A stretch of DNA of 64,000 nt from an uncultured Gammaproteobacteria bacterium. Lineage in GTDB: Bacteria > Pseudomonadota > Gammaproteobacteria > Steroidobacterales > Steroidobacteraceae. Under the pieces are notes generated by a model. The model was not told the origin of the DNA. It worked only from the letters and a program-made list of their open reading frames with translations, and ran no database searches. Position numbers and translations under genes: made by a program. Positions 26,852 through 34,330 of this stretch are shown piece after piece (the first letter of the stretch is position 1; each line of letters opens with the position of its first letter). The stretch is from positions 4,912-68,911 of the forward strand of contig CAVTNZ010000011.1 of NCBI GenBank assembly GCA_963736185.1, read 5' to 3'.

Positions 26852-28543
26852 TCAAGAATGTCCCGCTTGCGGGCGGATCTCAAGCCAGCCGCGATAGTTC
26901 ACGATCAGTCCGATGAGGCGATGACGGATCTCGACGTGAAAATGAAAGCGATCGTTGATTACCATTTCATACGAGTCGCCTCCTGGAGCCAGGAGCAGTG
27001 GTAGAGGCAGGCCCCACAGCGACCAGCGCCGGACTACGAGGCACAGTTTGGCTCCCTCGACGACCAGCGCCAAATCGAAGGTCAACGGTCCAAAGCGCTC
27101 ACACAGCAGATGCGCAGACGTTCCGCGGCCCGCCGATTGGAAACTGATGAACGATCGGCCGGCGAACGTGCGAGTCCAGCGTTCGCCGCCAACGCCGGGA
27201 GTGAACTCCACTTGCACCGGCACCTGCTGGCTCGCTGCGGGAAACCCCATCGCGAACGCGACCAGACGCGCCAGCGGATGGCGCCCGCGCAGGACCTCGG
27301 CTTGCCCCGCGGCGACTTGCGGACTTGTGCAGTGATGCATCGCGCGCAGCGGCGCCGGCAGCGCGTCCCATGCATCGCCGAGGATGCGCTGATAGAGCGG
27401 CTGCGTGGCCGCCGCCGGATCGGACGTGCGCGTCCCGGTGTAGATGGTGCGTCGAGCAAACAGCGCATCGTAGTCCTCGAGTTCTAGGTCGGCGGTCGCA
27501 GCCCGAGCCCCGGCCACAGGACGCCGTGCGGCGAAGCATCGCTCGATCATCGCCTTGCAGGCCATTGATGGAATCAGGGGACCATCGTCCCCTTCGGCGA
27601 GCAGGTGCCAAGAGCGAGTTACCGGGACGCCGTGGGCGTCGGTGCCGGTAACGGCGACGAACATGCCGCCGCGATGCTCACCCCAGCGCACACGATTGCT
27701 GACCTCGTGGATCAGGAAAGCGAACGGGAGTAACGAGGGCAGCAGGCGGAGGCGCACAAGCCACGCTAAACCGTTGAGCATGCGATGCAGGATTTCCGGT
27801 ACCGGCCCCGCCCCCATCCACAATGACTCGAGTCCAGGCCACAGCTCCGGCAGCACCTGCAGATCCGGTACGTCTACCAAAGAGAAGCGGATATTACGGA
27901 GCGGCAGGTGTCCAGGAGGGCTGATGGTATAGCGCAGCGACTCCGTCATGGCCACGCCAAACGATCGCTGCCCTCTTCGAACCAACGCCAGACGCTTGCC
28001 GGAATAACTCGCAATGGCGCGAATGACATTCACGCCGACCCCTGCATACGGCGAGGGCGCGATGCCGCCGGTGATGGTGCCGAGCGTAGTTAGACCGTGC
28101 GCCAGGCGCCGGAGCACAGCAGCAGTGAGTACCGGAAAGCTGCTCACGCCCGAGAGGATGAATACTCCGCGCTCGCGAGCCTCGCGATCGAACTGAGCGA
28201 TGCCCTTGACGAAGTCGGAACCGTCGGCGAGGTCAAGGTAGTCGATGCCAAGGACGAGGCAGGCCTTGATGATGCGGTACGGTTCCTCGCCATAGCACTG
28301 GAACGGGCCGGTTGCATCGACCACTAGGTCTGGGCTGACCGCACGGATCTGCGCGAGCGCATCGCCATCGCGGTCGAAGCGCAGCGCACTTCGGGAGGCA
28401 CCGGGCTCGAGGTGATCGCAGAAGGCCTGTGCCTTCGAGAGAGAGCGCCCGGCGATCAGCAGGGTCACGCGCTCATCGCCGGCCAGCAGCTGGGCCAGGC
28501 GCCCACCGAATGTTCCGTAACCGCCGAGAATCAGAACCTTCAT
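26852..28543 (-). CDS. saccharopine-dehydrogenase-like NAD(P)-binding domain fused to a DUF4166-like C-terminal domain
   Basis: ORF 26852-28657, with the start placed at MKVLILGGYGTFGGRLAQLL (ATG 28543-28541, Rossmann GxxGxxG). The C-terminal ~200 aa resemble DUF4166 as I recall it. Confidence 0.72.
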   Translation of the reverse strand: MKVLILGGYGTFGGRLAQLLAGDERVTLLIAGRSLSKAQAFCDHLEPGASRSALRFDRDGDALAQIRAVSPDLVVDATGPFQCYGEEPYRIIKACLVLGIDYLDLADGSDFVKGIAQFDREARERGVFILSGVSSFPVLTAAVLRRLAHGLTTLGTITGGIAPSPYAGVGVNVIRAIASYSGKRLALVRRGQRSFGVAMTESLRYTISPPGHLPLRNIRFSLVDVPDLQVLPELWPGLESLWMGAGPVPEILHRMLNGLAWLVRLRLLPSLLPFAFLIHEVSNRVRWGEHRGGMFVAVTGTDAHGVPVTRSWHLLAEGDDGPLIPSMACKAMIERCFAARRPVAGARAATADLELEDYDALFARRTIYTGTRTSDPAAATQPLYQRILGDAWDALPAPLRAMHHCTSPQVAAGQAEVLRGRHPLARLVAFAMGFPAASQQVPVQVEFTPGVGGERWTRTFAGRSFISFQSAGRGTSAHLLCERFGPLTFDLALVVEGAKLCLVVRRWSLWGLPLPLLLAPGGDSYEMVINDRFHFHVEIRHRLIGLIVNYRGWLEIRPQAGHS

Positions 28544-28553
28544 GGGATCGGGT

Positions 28554-29063
28554 TCATGCGATAAACCGTTCCCGATCGACGGTGCGCGGCAAGTAGCAGG
28601 TTTCGCGGCGACCGAACATTCGGAAGCGATTGCGGGCCACCCATTCGTAGAGCACATCAGCGAGTCGTCGCGGCAACACGCGCAGGATTCCGGCCAGCGA
28701 CCAGGGGAGACCTAGGCCCACGGCGAGGCGGATCGATCCGTCCGCCTTGATGAGGGCAACGCCGTCGATCAGCAGGATATTGGTTTCGTAGTTCTCGGGG
28801 TCCAGGCCGTAATGAACATAGAGCGAGCGACCGAGCGCAGACTGGGCGGAGAGCAAGCGGTACCGTCTCTCACGATCGTAGCGCAAGACCAATTCGACCC
28901 AACGCGAACAGAGCACGCAATGCGCGTCGAAGATGAATATCGGACGATCGTCAGGAAAGGGCAGCACCCGCGGATCGCTCCGGTAGCTGTACGGTGCTGG
29001 GCGCGCACGCGGGCCGCTAAGGGCCGACACGGCTAGGCCCGTCCCGAGCCCAGAGCGACACAA
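28554..29063 (-). CDS. DCC-family thiol-disulfide oxidoreductase (DUF393)
   Basis: 169 aa with IFIFDAHCVLCSRWV (the D-x-x-C-x-x-C motif of the DCC family). The N-terminal 31-nt overlap with the upstream gene suggests the true start may be an internal non-ATG codon. Confidence 0.75.
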   Translation of the reverse strand: MCRSGLGTGLAVSALSGPRARPAPYSYRSDPRVLPFPDDRPIFIFDAHCVLCSRWVELVLRYDRERRYRLLSAQSALGRSLYVHYGLDPENYETNILLIDGVALIKADGSIRLAVGLGLPWSLAGILRVLPRRLADVLYEWVARNRFRMFGRRETCYLPRTVDRERFIA

Positions 29064-29716
29064 CCCACCTGCTCGACCCGGACGTCACTCAGATGTTGCT
29101 CGAGGCCTTCCACCAATCGAGTGCGCGTGTCGGCTTGGTTGTGCAGCGTCCCCCGCGCATTGAACCAGCACATCAGTCCGGCGGCGACCGCGTTCTGCGG
29201 CACATCGCCTTGCACCAGCGTCGCGCCAAACAGCCTGCCGCCTGGTTTGAGCAAGGTCTTCAAATGCTCGAAAACTACGCCCTTGTCTGGCCAGGGTGCC
29301 GGCAGGCAATGCACCACATAGTTCAAGGCGATGGAGTCGAAGCGGCGCACATCGAGCACGATCGGTTGCAGCACATCGGCCCGATAAATCTCCGGGTGGT
29401 AGCATGCGATGCGCCGCGCAGTGTGCGGGAGGGTGTTCAGGTCGAGAAGCCCGACGCGCGGCGCGGCATGCGAAAATCGGGCGTGGTCCAGAAAGTAGCC
29501 GGTCCCCACCCCCACCTCCAGATGATTGTTGCTCAGGTGCTGGCGGTACGCGGCGAGGATGCGGTTGTTCGGGCAGCGCCAGACCCAGGGACAGAGACCG
29601 CGGAAGACGAGCAGATCGTAGAGCGCCAATCCGGCGCGGGTGAAGGCGACCTGGCCGCGGTCTGCGTCTCCCAGACTGGGCGCAAGGGCGGAGTCACTAT
29701 CGAGCATGAGGGTCAA
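29033..29716 (-). CDS. class I SAM-dependent methyltransferase
   Basis: 227 aa with SAM motif I HLEVGVGTGYFL and a post-I acidic residue (GLLDLN). Confidence 0.78.
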   Translation of the reverse strand: MTLMLDSDSALAPSLGDADRGQVAFTRAGLALYDLLVFRGLCPWVWRCPNNRILAAYRQHLSNNHLEVGVGTGYFLDHARFSHAAPRVGLLDLNTLPHTARRIACYHPEIYRADVLQPIVLDVRRFDSIALNYVVHCLPAPWPDKGVVFEHLKTLLKPGGRLFGATLVQGDVPQNAVAAGLMCWFNARGTLHNQADTRTRLVEGLEQHLSDVRVEQVGCVALGSGRA

Positions 29717-29819
29717 GTGACACGTCCATGTTGCCAGCGAACGACGGTTCTGACCATTAGGCTCGCTGAAATAGCAATTGCTGCGGCGGACATTGCACTC
29801 TTGCTAATCTCATTGACGG

Positions 29820-30395
29820 TCACGACAGATCTCGACCCCTTTTGCTGCCGCGGTCCAACAGGCGCGTGATCCCGCCGCCCAATTTAATGAGTGTCGTGAT
29901 TGTCGACCGGGGTAAGGCAATCATCTGGTCATACCAACGGCTGAGGCGTTCGACGAAATCCAGCATCTCTCTTAGGCGAAGCTGCACGGCTGGGTCCACG
30001 CTATCGTCGTCTCGTGTCATTTCGACGCACTCCCGGAGTGCCGCCGTGGCGGGGTCTAGTTCCCGGGCTTTCCGCCCTGCGGCGATCCGCGACACCAGGT
30101 TCCAAAGATCTGTTTCGGCAGTGTAGAAAGTTCGTCGATCACCCAGAATTGGGACTGATCGAATGATGTTCCATGACTGTAACTCACGAAGCGAATTGGA
30201 TACATTGGACCGCGCGATCCCCAGTAAATCCGCAATCTCCTCGGCCGCCAGCGGCTTCTTCGATGCATACAACAACGCATGAATCTGGCTTACGGAGCGG
30301 TTTACTCCCCAGCGCTCCCCTAAGTTTCCCCACTCCAAAACGAATCGTCTGACGGCTTCCGGTAAGATATCGTTTGTGTCTGTAGTTTCTGTCAT
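29820..30395 (-). CDS. GbsR/MarR-family transcriptional regulator
   Basis: 191 aa. FVLEWGNLGERWGVNRSVSQIHALLYASKKPLAAEEIADLLGIARSNVSNSLRELQSWNIIRSVPILGDRRTFY matches the GbsR-type winged-helix pattern. Confidence 0.8.
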   Translation of the reverse strand: MTETTDTNDILPEAVRRFVLEWGNLGERWGVNRSVSQIHALLYASKKPLAAEEIADLLGIARSNVSNSLRELQSWNIIRSVPILGDRRTFYTAETDLWNLVSRIAAGRKARELDPATAALRECVEMTRDDDSVDPAVQLRLREMLDFVERLSRWYDQMIALPRSTITTLIKLGGGITRLLDRGSKRGRDLS

Positions 30396-30411
30396 AACAG
30401 AAATTACAGAC
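30378..30411. promoter_or_regulatory. candidate operator: inverted repeat GTCTGTAGTTTCTGT-cata-ACAGAAATTACAGAC centred on the GbsR-family start codon
   Basis: Read directly. The arms match at 14 of 15 positions, and the spacer contains the ATG (30395-30393) of the regulator. Confidence 0.35.
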
Positions 30412-30551
30412 TAAACAACACCTGTTGTCAAGTTAGTTCGAGGATTTACGTCGCTCACAATCCCACTTTTCGGGGACCCTTATCGGCCAGGACGCGTAAG
30501 CGACGTTTGCCGCTGTTTCTTCAAGTCGCTTGGCGCACTAGTTCTTTTAAG

Positions 30552-30587
30552 ATATAAACATTTATATAAAGCTAGACACAAATGTCT
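30552..30587. promoter_or_regulatory. two small palindromes upstream of the NTase-like/HTH pair (ATATAAACATTTATAT and AGACACAAATGTCT)
   Basis: Read directly at 30552-30567 and 30574-30587, in an AT-rich stretch 14-49 nt before the ATG at 30601. The stretch contains TATATA/TATAAA -10-like hexamers. Confidence 0.3.
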
Positions 30588-30600
30588 TATACTTCCCGTC

Positions 30601-31164
30601 ATGTCGAATCTCCCGGCTTTCGATTCACTGGGACTGTTGCCGCCTGGCGATTACGAACTCACGTTCGAGGAGTTACGCCGCTCATTTCTAGTTGTCGGGC
30701 CCGGCAACGCTGATAGCACATGGGACGCCACCTGGCGTGAGTCGCTCGACGGCAATCTCGAAGTAATGACCCGGCAGTTGTGGCAGGTCGGCATTCGCGA
30801 GGTCTTTGCCGATGGTTCCTTCGTGGAAGAGAAAGATCATCCCAATGACATCGACGGATATTTCGCTTGCAGCTTAGCGGATTTGTCGAGCGGCGAACTC
30901 ACTCGAAAATTGAATCTGCTCGATCCGTATAAAATTTGGACCTGGGATCCGCGGTCCAGACAGGCCTTTCGCGGGTATCCCAAGAAGCAACTTCCCATGT
31001 GGCACCGCTATCGCGTCGAGCTATATCCGCATGTGGCAGGATTTTCGAGCGGCATCCGCGATCCGCAGGGGCACGAGCTAGAGTTTCCATCGGCCTTTCG
31101 TCAGTCGCGCCGCGATGGCAGACCACGCGGCATTATCAAATTGAAATTCGGAGGACTGCCATGA
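30601..31164 (+). CDS. minimal pol-beta-fold nucleotidyltransferase-like protein (uncharacterised family)
   Basis: 187 aa. VFADGSFVEEKDHPNDIDGYF fits hG[GS]-x9-Dh[DE]h, and the N-terminus reads LLPPGDYELTFEEL. The stop overlaps the next ATG (ATGA at 31161-31164). No obvious SD precedes 30601. Confidence 0.6.
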   Translation: MSNLPAFDSLGLLPPGDYELTFEELRRSFLVVGPGNADSTWDATWRESLDGNLEVMTRQLWQVGIREVFADGSFVEEKDHPNDIDGYFACSLADLSSGELTRKLNLLDPYKIWTWDPRSRQAFRGYPKKQLPMWHRYRVELYPHVAGFSSGIRDPQGHELEFPSAFRQSRRDGRPRGIIKLKFGGLP

Positions 31165-31616
31165 TCCGTAACGAAGCCGAATACCAGGAAGCCTCAAAGA
31201 GATTGGGCGACGAGCTAAAGCGGCTCGGCGAGCATCGTGCGCGGCTCAAAGAAGCGGGTCTTGGGGACGTTGAGATCAAACGCGTCATCGATCCACTCGA
31301 ATCCTTTCACCTGCAGTTAAAGGAAGAAGTTGAGGCCTACGAACGATTGAAGCGTGGAGAATTCGAAGAGCTCGATAACCTTCGAGGCGTTGGCCACTTA
31401 CTCATTACCTCGCGCATTGCGCAAGGCATTTCCCAGCGTGAGCTCGCGCGACGTCTGGGTGTGCACGAAACACAAGTCTCTCGCGATGAGCGAAACGAGT
31501 ATTTCGGCATCACGCTCGAACGTGCAGCCAAGATTTTAGACGCGCTCAACGTGCGGCTGCGGACCCAGGTGGCGATCGAACCACTGCCGCCCTCCCCCGT
31601 CGCGCAAGCGTCATGA
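31161..31616 (+). CDS. XRE-family HTH protein with an N-terminal coiled-coil (antitoxin-like)
   Basis: Within ORF 30936-31616, with the start placed at MIRNEAEYQEASKRL (ATG 31161). The HTH is GISQRELARRLGVHETQVSRDERNEYFGITLERAAKILDAL. Confidence 0.78.
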   Translation: MIRNEAEYQEASKRLGDELKRLGEHRARLKEAGLGDVEIKRVIDPLESFHLQLKEEVEAYERLKRGEFEELDNLRGVGHLLITSRIAQGISQRELARRLGVHETQVSRDERNEYFGITLERAAKILDALNVRLRTQVAIEPLPPSPVAQAS

Positions 31617-31657
31617 CGACCAGTTCAAGTCGTCAGTTAGCATCAGGTGATCGGACT

Positions 31658-31689
31658 TGGTGGCGCGAGCCGGACTCGAACCCACGGCC
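31658..31689 (-). other. tRNA 3'-end-like fragment with encoded CCA (T-arm + acceptor strand), not a complete tRNA
   Basis: The minus strand reads GGCCGTGGGTTCGAGTCCGGCTCGCGCCACCA: a TTCGAGT T-loop, an imperfect T-stem (one mismatch), a 7-nt acceptor strand, discriminator A, then CCA. No D-arm or anticodon arm is recognisable further 5'. Confidence 0.4.
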
Positions 31690-31936
31690 ATTTTTGGCCC
31701 TAGCGAAGCCATTCCGACAGCTATTTTCGCGGTATATTCCGACCACTTTGGGGCCCTGGCTTTTGGAGTTTTTCAAAAGGCCCCAACACAGGCCCCAAAA
31801 AGCGTCCGGCTGTACGCGAATGACCTCGGACGTCAGTGGACGATGAAACGCTACTTTTCTATTAGTTTTCCCGGAGTTACCTGTTTTTCTTCAGGTATCC
31901 CGGACGTTTGTGGACGTCCCCGGAAGTCTGCGGAAG

Positions 31937-32009
31937 TGGGACGGCTGGGACTCGAACCCAGGACCAAAGCCTTAAAAGGGCCTTGCTCTACCAACTGAGC
32001 TACCGTCCC
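31937..32009 (-). tRNA. tRNA-Lys (anticodon UUU)
   Basis: The minus strand reads GGGACGGTAGCTCAGTTGGTAGAGCAAGGCCCTTTTAAGGCTTTGGTCCTGGGTTCGAGTCCCAGCCGTCCCA. It folds as a 73-nt cloverleaf: acceptor 7 bp, D-stem GCTC/GAGC, anticodon stem AGGCC/GGCTT with loop CTTTTAA, and T-stem CTGGG/CCCAG. CCA is not encoded. Confidence 0.92.
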
Positions 32010-32022
32010 ATCGGAGCCGCGC

Positions 32023-32028
32023 ATTATA
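32023..32028 (-). promoter_or_regulatory. candidate -10 hexamer (TATAAT) for tRNA-Lys
   Basis: The minus strand reads ...AGCTATAATGCGCGGCTCCGAT-GGGACGG, a perfect TATAAT 13 nt before the mature 5' end. No convincing -35 was seen. Confidence 0.35.
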
Positions 32029-32082
32029 GCTATTCTTGGATCGCGCGCCATGCCAGGCTCGCGCGCAGGCGCCGGTCCGGTA

Positions 32083-32790
32083 TCACCGATATCGGGTCGG
32101 ATCCGCCGCTCCCGCCGCTGCAAAACCCGCTGCGCGCAATCGGCAGGAATCGCAGCGCCCGCACGCCAGCCCCTCCGCGCTCGCCTGGTAGCAGGATACC
32201 GTCATCGAATAATCCACGCCAAGACGGAGGCCCTCGCGCACGATCTCAGCCTTCGACATCTCGATGAGCGGCGCATGGATCTCGACGCGTGCGCCCTCCA
32301 CGCCCGCCTTCGTCGCGAGCCGCGCCAGATGCTCGAACGCCGCGATGAACTCCGGGCGGCAGTCCGGGTATCCTGAATAGTCCACCGCATTCACACCGAT
32401 GAAAATATCCCGGGCGCCGAGGACCTCGGCCCAGCCGAGCGCCAGCGCGAGCATCATGGTGTTGCGCGCGGGAACGTAGGTGATCGGAATGCCGGTGCCC
32501 GGCGCCTCGGGTATCGCAAGCGTCGGATCGGTGAGCGCCGAGCCGCCGATCCCGGCGAGGTCCACCCGCATGATCCGATGCTCGCGGGCGCCGAGCGAGG
32601 CGGCGACGCGCGATGCCGCGAGGAGCTCGGCCCCGTGCCGCTGGCCGTACTCGACGCTGAGCGCAAACGCCTCGAATTCGCGGGCTCGGGCCATTGCCAG
32701 AACGGTCGCGGAGTCGAGCCCGCCCGAGAGCAGCACGACGGCGGACTTGCCGGCGAGGCGCTCAGTTTCGCGCTCACTTTGCCCGTTCAT
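32083..32790 (-). CDS. queC: 7-cyano-7-deazaguanine synthase
   Basis: 235 aa with the PP-loop [10 protein letters not shown] and the C-terminal Zn-Cys cluster CGRCDSC. Confidence 0.9.
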   Translation of the reverse strand: MNGQSERETERLAGKSAVVLLSGGLDSATVLAMARAREFEAFALSVEYGQRHGAELLAASRVAASLGAREHRIMRVDLAGIGGSALTDPTLAIPEAPGTGIPITYVPARNTMMLALALGWAEVLGARDIFIGVNAVDYSGYPDCRPEFIAAFEHLARLATKAGVEGARVEIHAPLIEMSKAEIVREGLRLGVDYSMTVSCYQASAEGLACGRCDSCRLRAAGFAAAGAADPTRYR

Positions 32791-32810
32791 CTTCCTGGTT
32801 CATCTTCCTG

Positions 32811-33473
32811 TCATCTTCCTGGCACATCGCCCCACAGCACCTTGTGCAGCTGCAATTGAAAGCGCACCGGCAGCCGGTCCGCGAGGATCCAGTCGGCGAG
32901 CGCCGTCGGCGAGACCTGCGCATAGCTGGGCGAGAACAGCACCTGGCAGCGCTCGGCGAGCGAGTGCTCGCGCAGATACGCCCTGCTCCAGTCATAGTCC
33001 TCGCGCGAACAGATCACGAACTTCACCTGGTCGTGCGGCGTCAGGCAGGCAAAATTCTCCTCGAGGTTCCGCGACGATTCGCCGGACCCGGGCGTCTTCA
33101 CGTCGACCACCCGGGAAACGCGCGGATCGATGCCGGCGATGCGCATCGCGCCGCTCGTCTCGAGCGATACCCGGTAGCCGGATTCGCAGAGCCGGGTGAG
33201 AAGCGTGGTGCAATTCGGCTGCGCCAGCGGCTCCCCGCCGGTCACGCACACATGGGGCGCGTCGAAACTCCCGACGGTTTCCAGGATGGCCTCGATGTCC
33301 CGCCATTCGCCCTCGTGAAACGCGTAGGCGGTGTCGCAGTATCGGCAGCGCAGCGGGCACCCGGTGAGCCGCACGAACACCGTGCGAAAACCGACCGAGT
33401 CGGCCTCACCCTGCAGCGAATGAAATATCTCGTTGATGCGCAGCCGTTCGCGCTTCGTCTGTACTTCACTCAA
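32811..33473 (-). CDS. queE: 7-carboxy-7-deazaguanine synthase (radical SAM)
   Basis: 220 aa: INEIFHSLQGEADSVG and the radical-SAM cluster CPLRCRYCDT. Confidence 0.9.
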   Translation of the reverse strand: MSEVQTKRERLRINEIFHSLQGEADSVGFRTVFVRLTGCPLRCRYCDTAYAFHEGEWRDIEAILETVGSFDAPHVCVTGGEPLAQPNCTTLLTRLCESGYRVSLETSGAMRIAGIDPRVSRVVDVKTPGSGESSRNLEENFACLTPHDQVKFVICSREDYDWSRAYLREHSLAERCQVLFSPSYAQVSPTALADWILADRLPVRFQLQLHKVLWGDVPGR

Positions 33474-33488
33474 TGCCGCTCCGCCGTC

Positions 33489-34330
33489 TCAATGGCTCTC
33501 GGCCGCCATCTTCTCCAGACGCTGCTGCGCCAGATGGCCTGCCGGTGTGTCGCCGTACGTCGTTTGAACCTGCGTCAGGGCGTCCTTGGCCGCCTTGAAC
33601 TGCTTGAGCTCGTAGTCGCAGTAGCCGACCTTGAGCAGCGCGTCGGGCACCTTGCGCGACTGCGGGTACTTGTCGACCACCTTCTGAAAGGCCGCCAGCG
33701 CCTCGGGAAACGATCGGTTCACGTAATAGGCTTCCCCCAGCCAGTACTGGGCGTTGTCCGCGAGCGGGCTCGTGGGATAGGTGCTCAGAAATGATTGAAA
33801 GGCCTGAATTGCCTGGTCGTATTGGCTGTTCTTGAGCAGCCCGATCGCCGCCTGGTAGCTCACGGAATCGGCCGCGCCCGTGCCGGTAGACGACGGGCCG
33901 GCTGCGGCCCCCCGGCGGCCGCCGCGGCGGCCGCCGGGAGCACGGTGCTGCCCGGCGGTCCGGCGGGCTGCGCTGCGCCCGAGGCCGGAGCCGATCCGCC
34001 CGCGGTTCCGGCCCGCGCCTCGAGCGCCTTGATCCGCTGATCGAGATCCGCGTACAGGTCGCGCTGTTGTTTACGGCTGGTATCGAGGGCGTGATTGAGC
34101 TCGTCGATGTCGTTGTGCATCGAGCGCAGATCCGCCTGCAGGGTGCCCATCTGATTCGAGATATCGAGCAGACTGTTGTTGGACACCACCCGCTCGATCC
34201 GCGCCAATCGCGTCTCGAGATCGTTGAGCTTGATCTGAACCGGATCCTCCTCCGGACTGGTCGCGCAGCCGGCGAGCACCAGCGCGGCCATGCAGGCCGC
34301 GGCGACTGCCGATACGCGCATGCTCATCAC
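33489..34330 (-). pseudogene. cpoB: Tol-Pal cell-division coordinator CpoB (YbgF), apparently frameshifted in the Ala/Gly/Pro linker
   Basis: ORF 33860-34330 gives a signal peptide plus coiled-coil (LNDLETRLARIERVV...). ORF 33489-33863 gives the TPR domain (YQAAIGLLKNSQYDQAIQAFQSFLSTYPTSPLADNAQYWLGEAYY). The C-terminal frame stays open upstream (GAAAGPSSTGTGAADSV...). The frames change within the GC-rich linker that includes a C6 run at 33908-33913. Confidence 0.8.

Larger units (their letters stand above)
24155..31936. mobile_element. degenerate tRNA-Lys-associated genomic island (no integrase or transposase recognised)
   Basis: G+C drops visibly by eye relative to both flanks. Content is orphan or accessory genes, including a frameshifted AbiEii toxin gene. 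The right edge is the 3' end of tRNA-Lys(UUU). A second tRNA 3'-end-like fragment lies at 31658-31689. I found no direct repeat of the tRNA-Lys 3' end at the left edge. Confidence 0.5.

Noticed and set aside
31902-31919. Hairpin GGACGT-ttgtgg-ACGTCC just downstream of tRNA-Lys, considered as its terminator
   Set aside because: The stem is only 6 bp and no U-tract follows on the minus strand. Not convincing.
31613-32123. Track ORFs 31613-31846 (+), 31657-31998 (+) and 31851-32123 (-)
   Set aside because: They run across the tRNA-Lys gene and the tRNA-like fragment, and they have no coding signatures.
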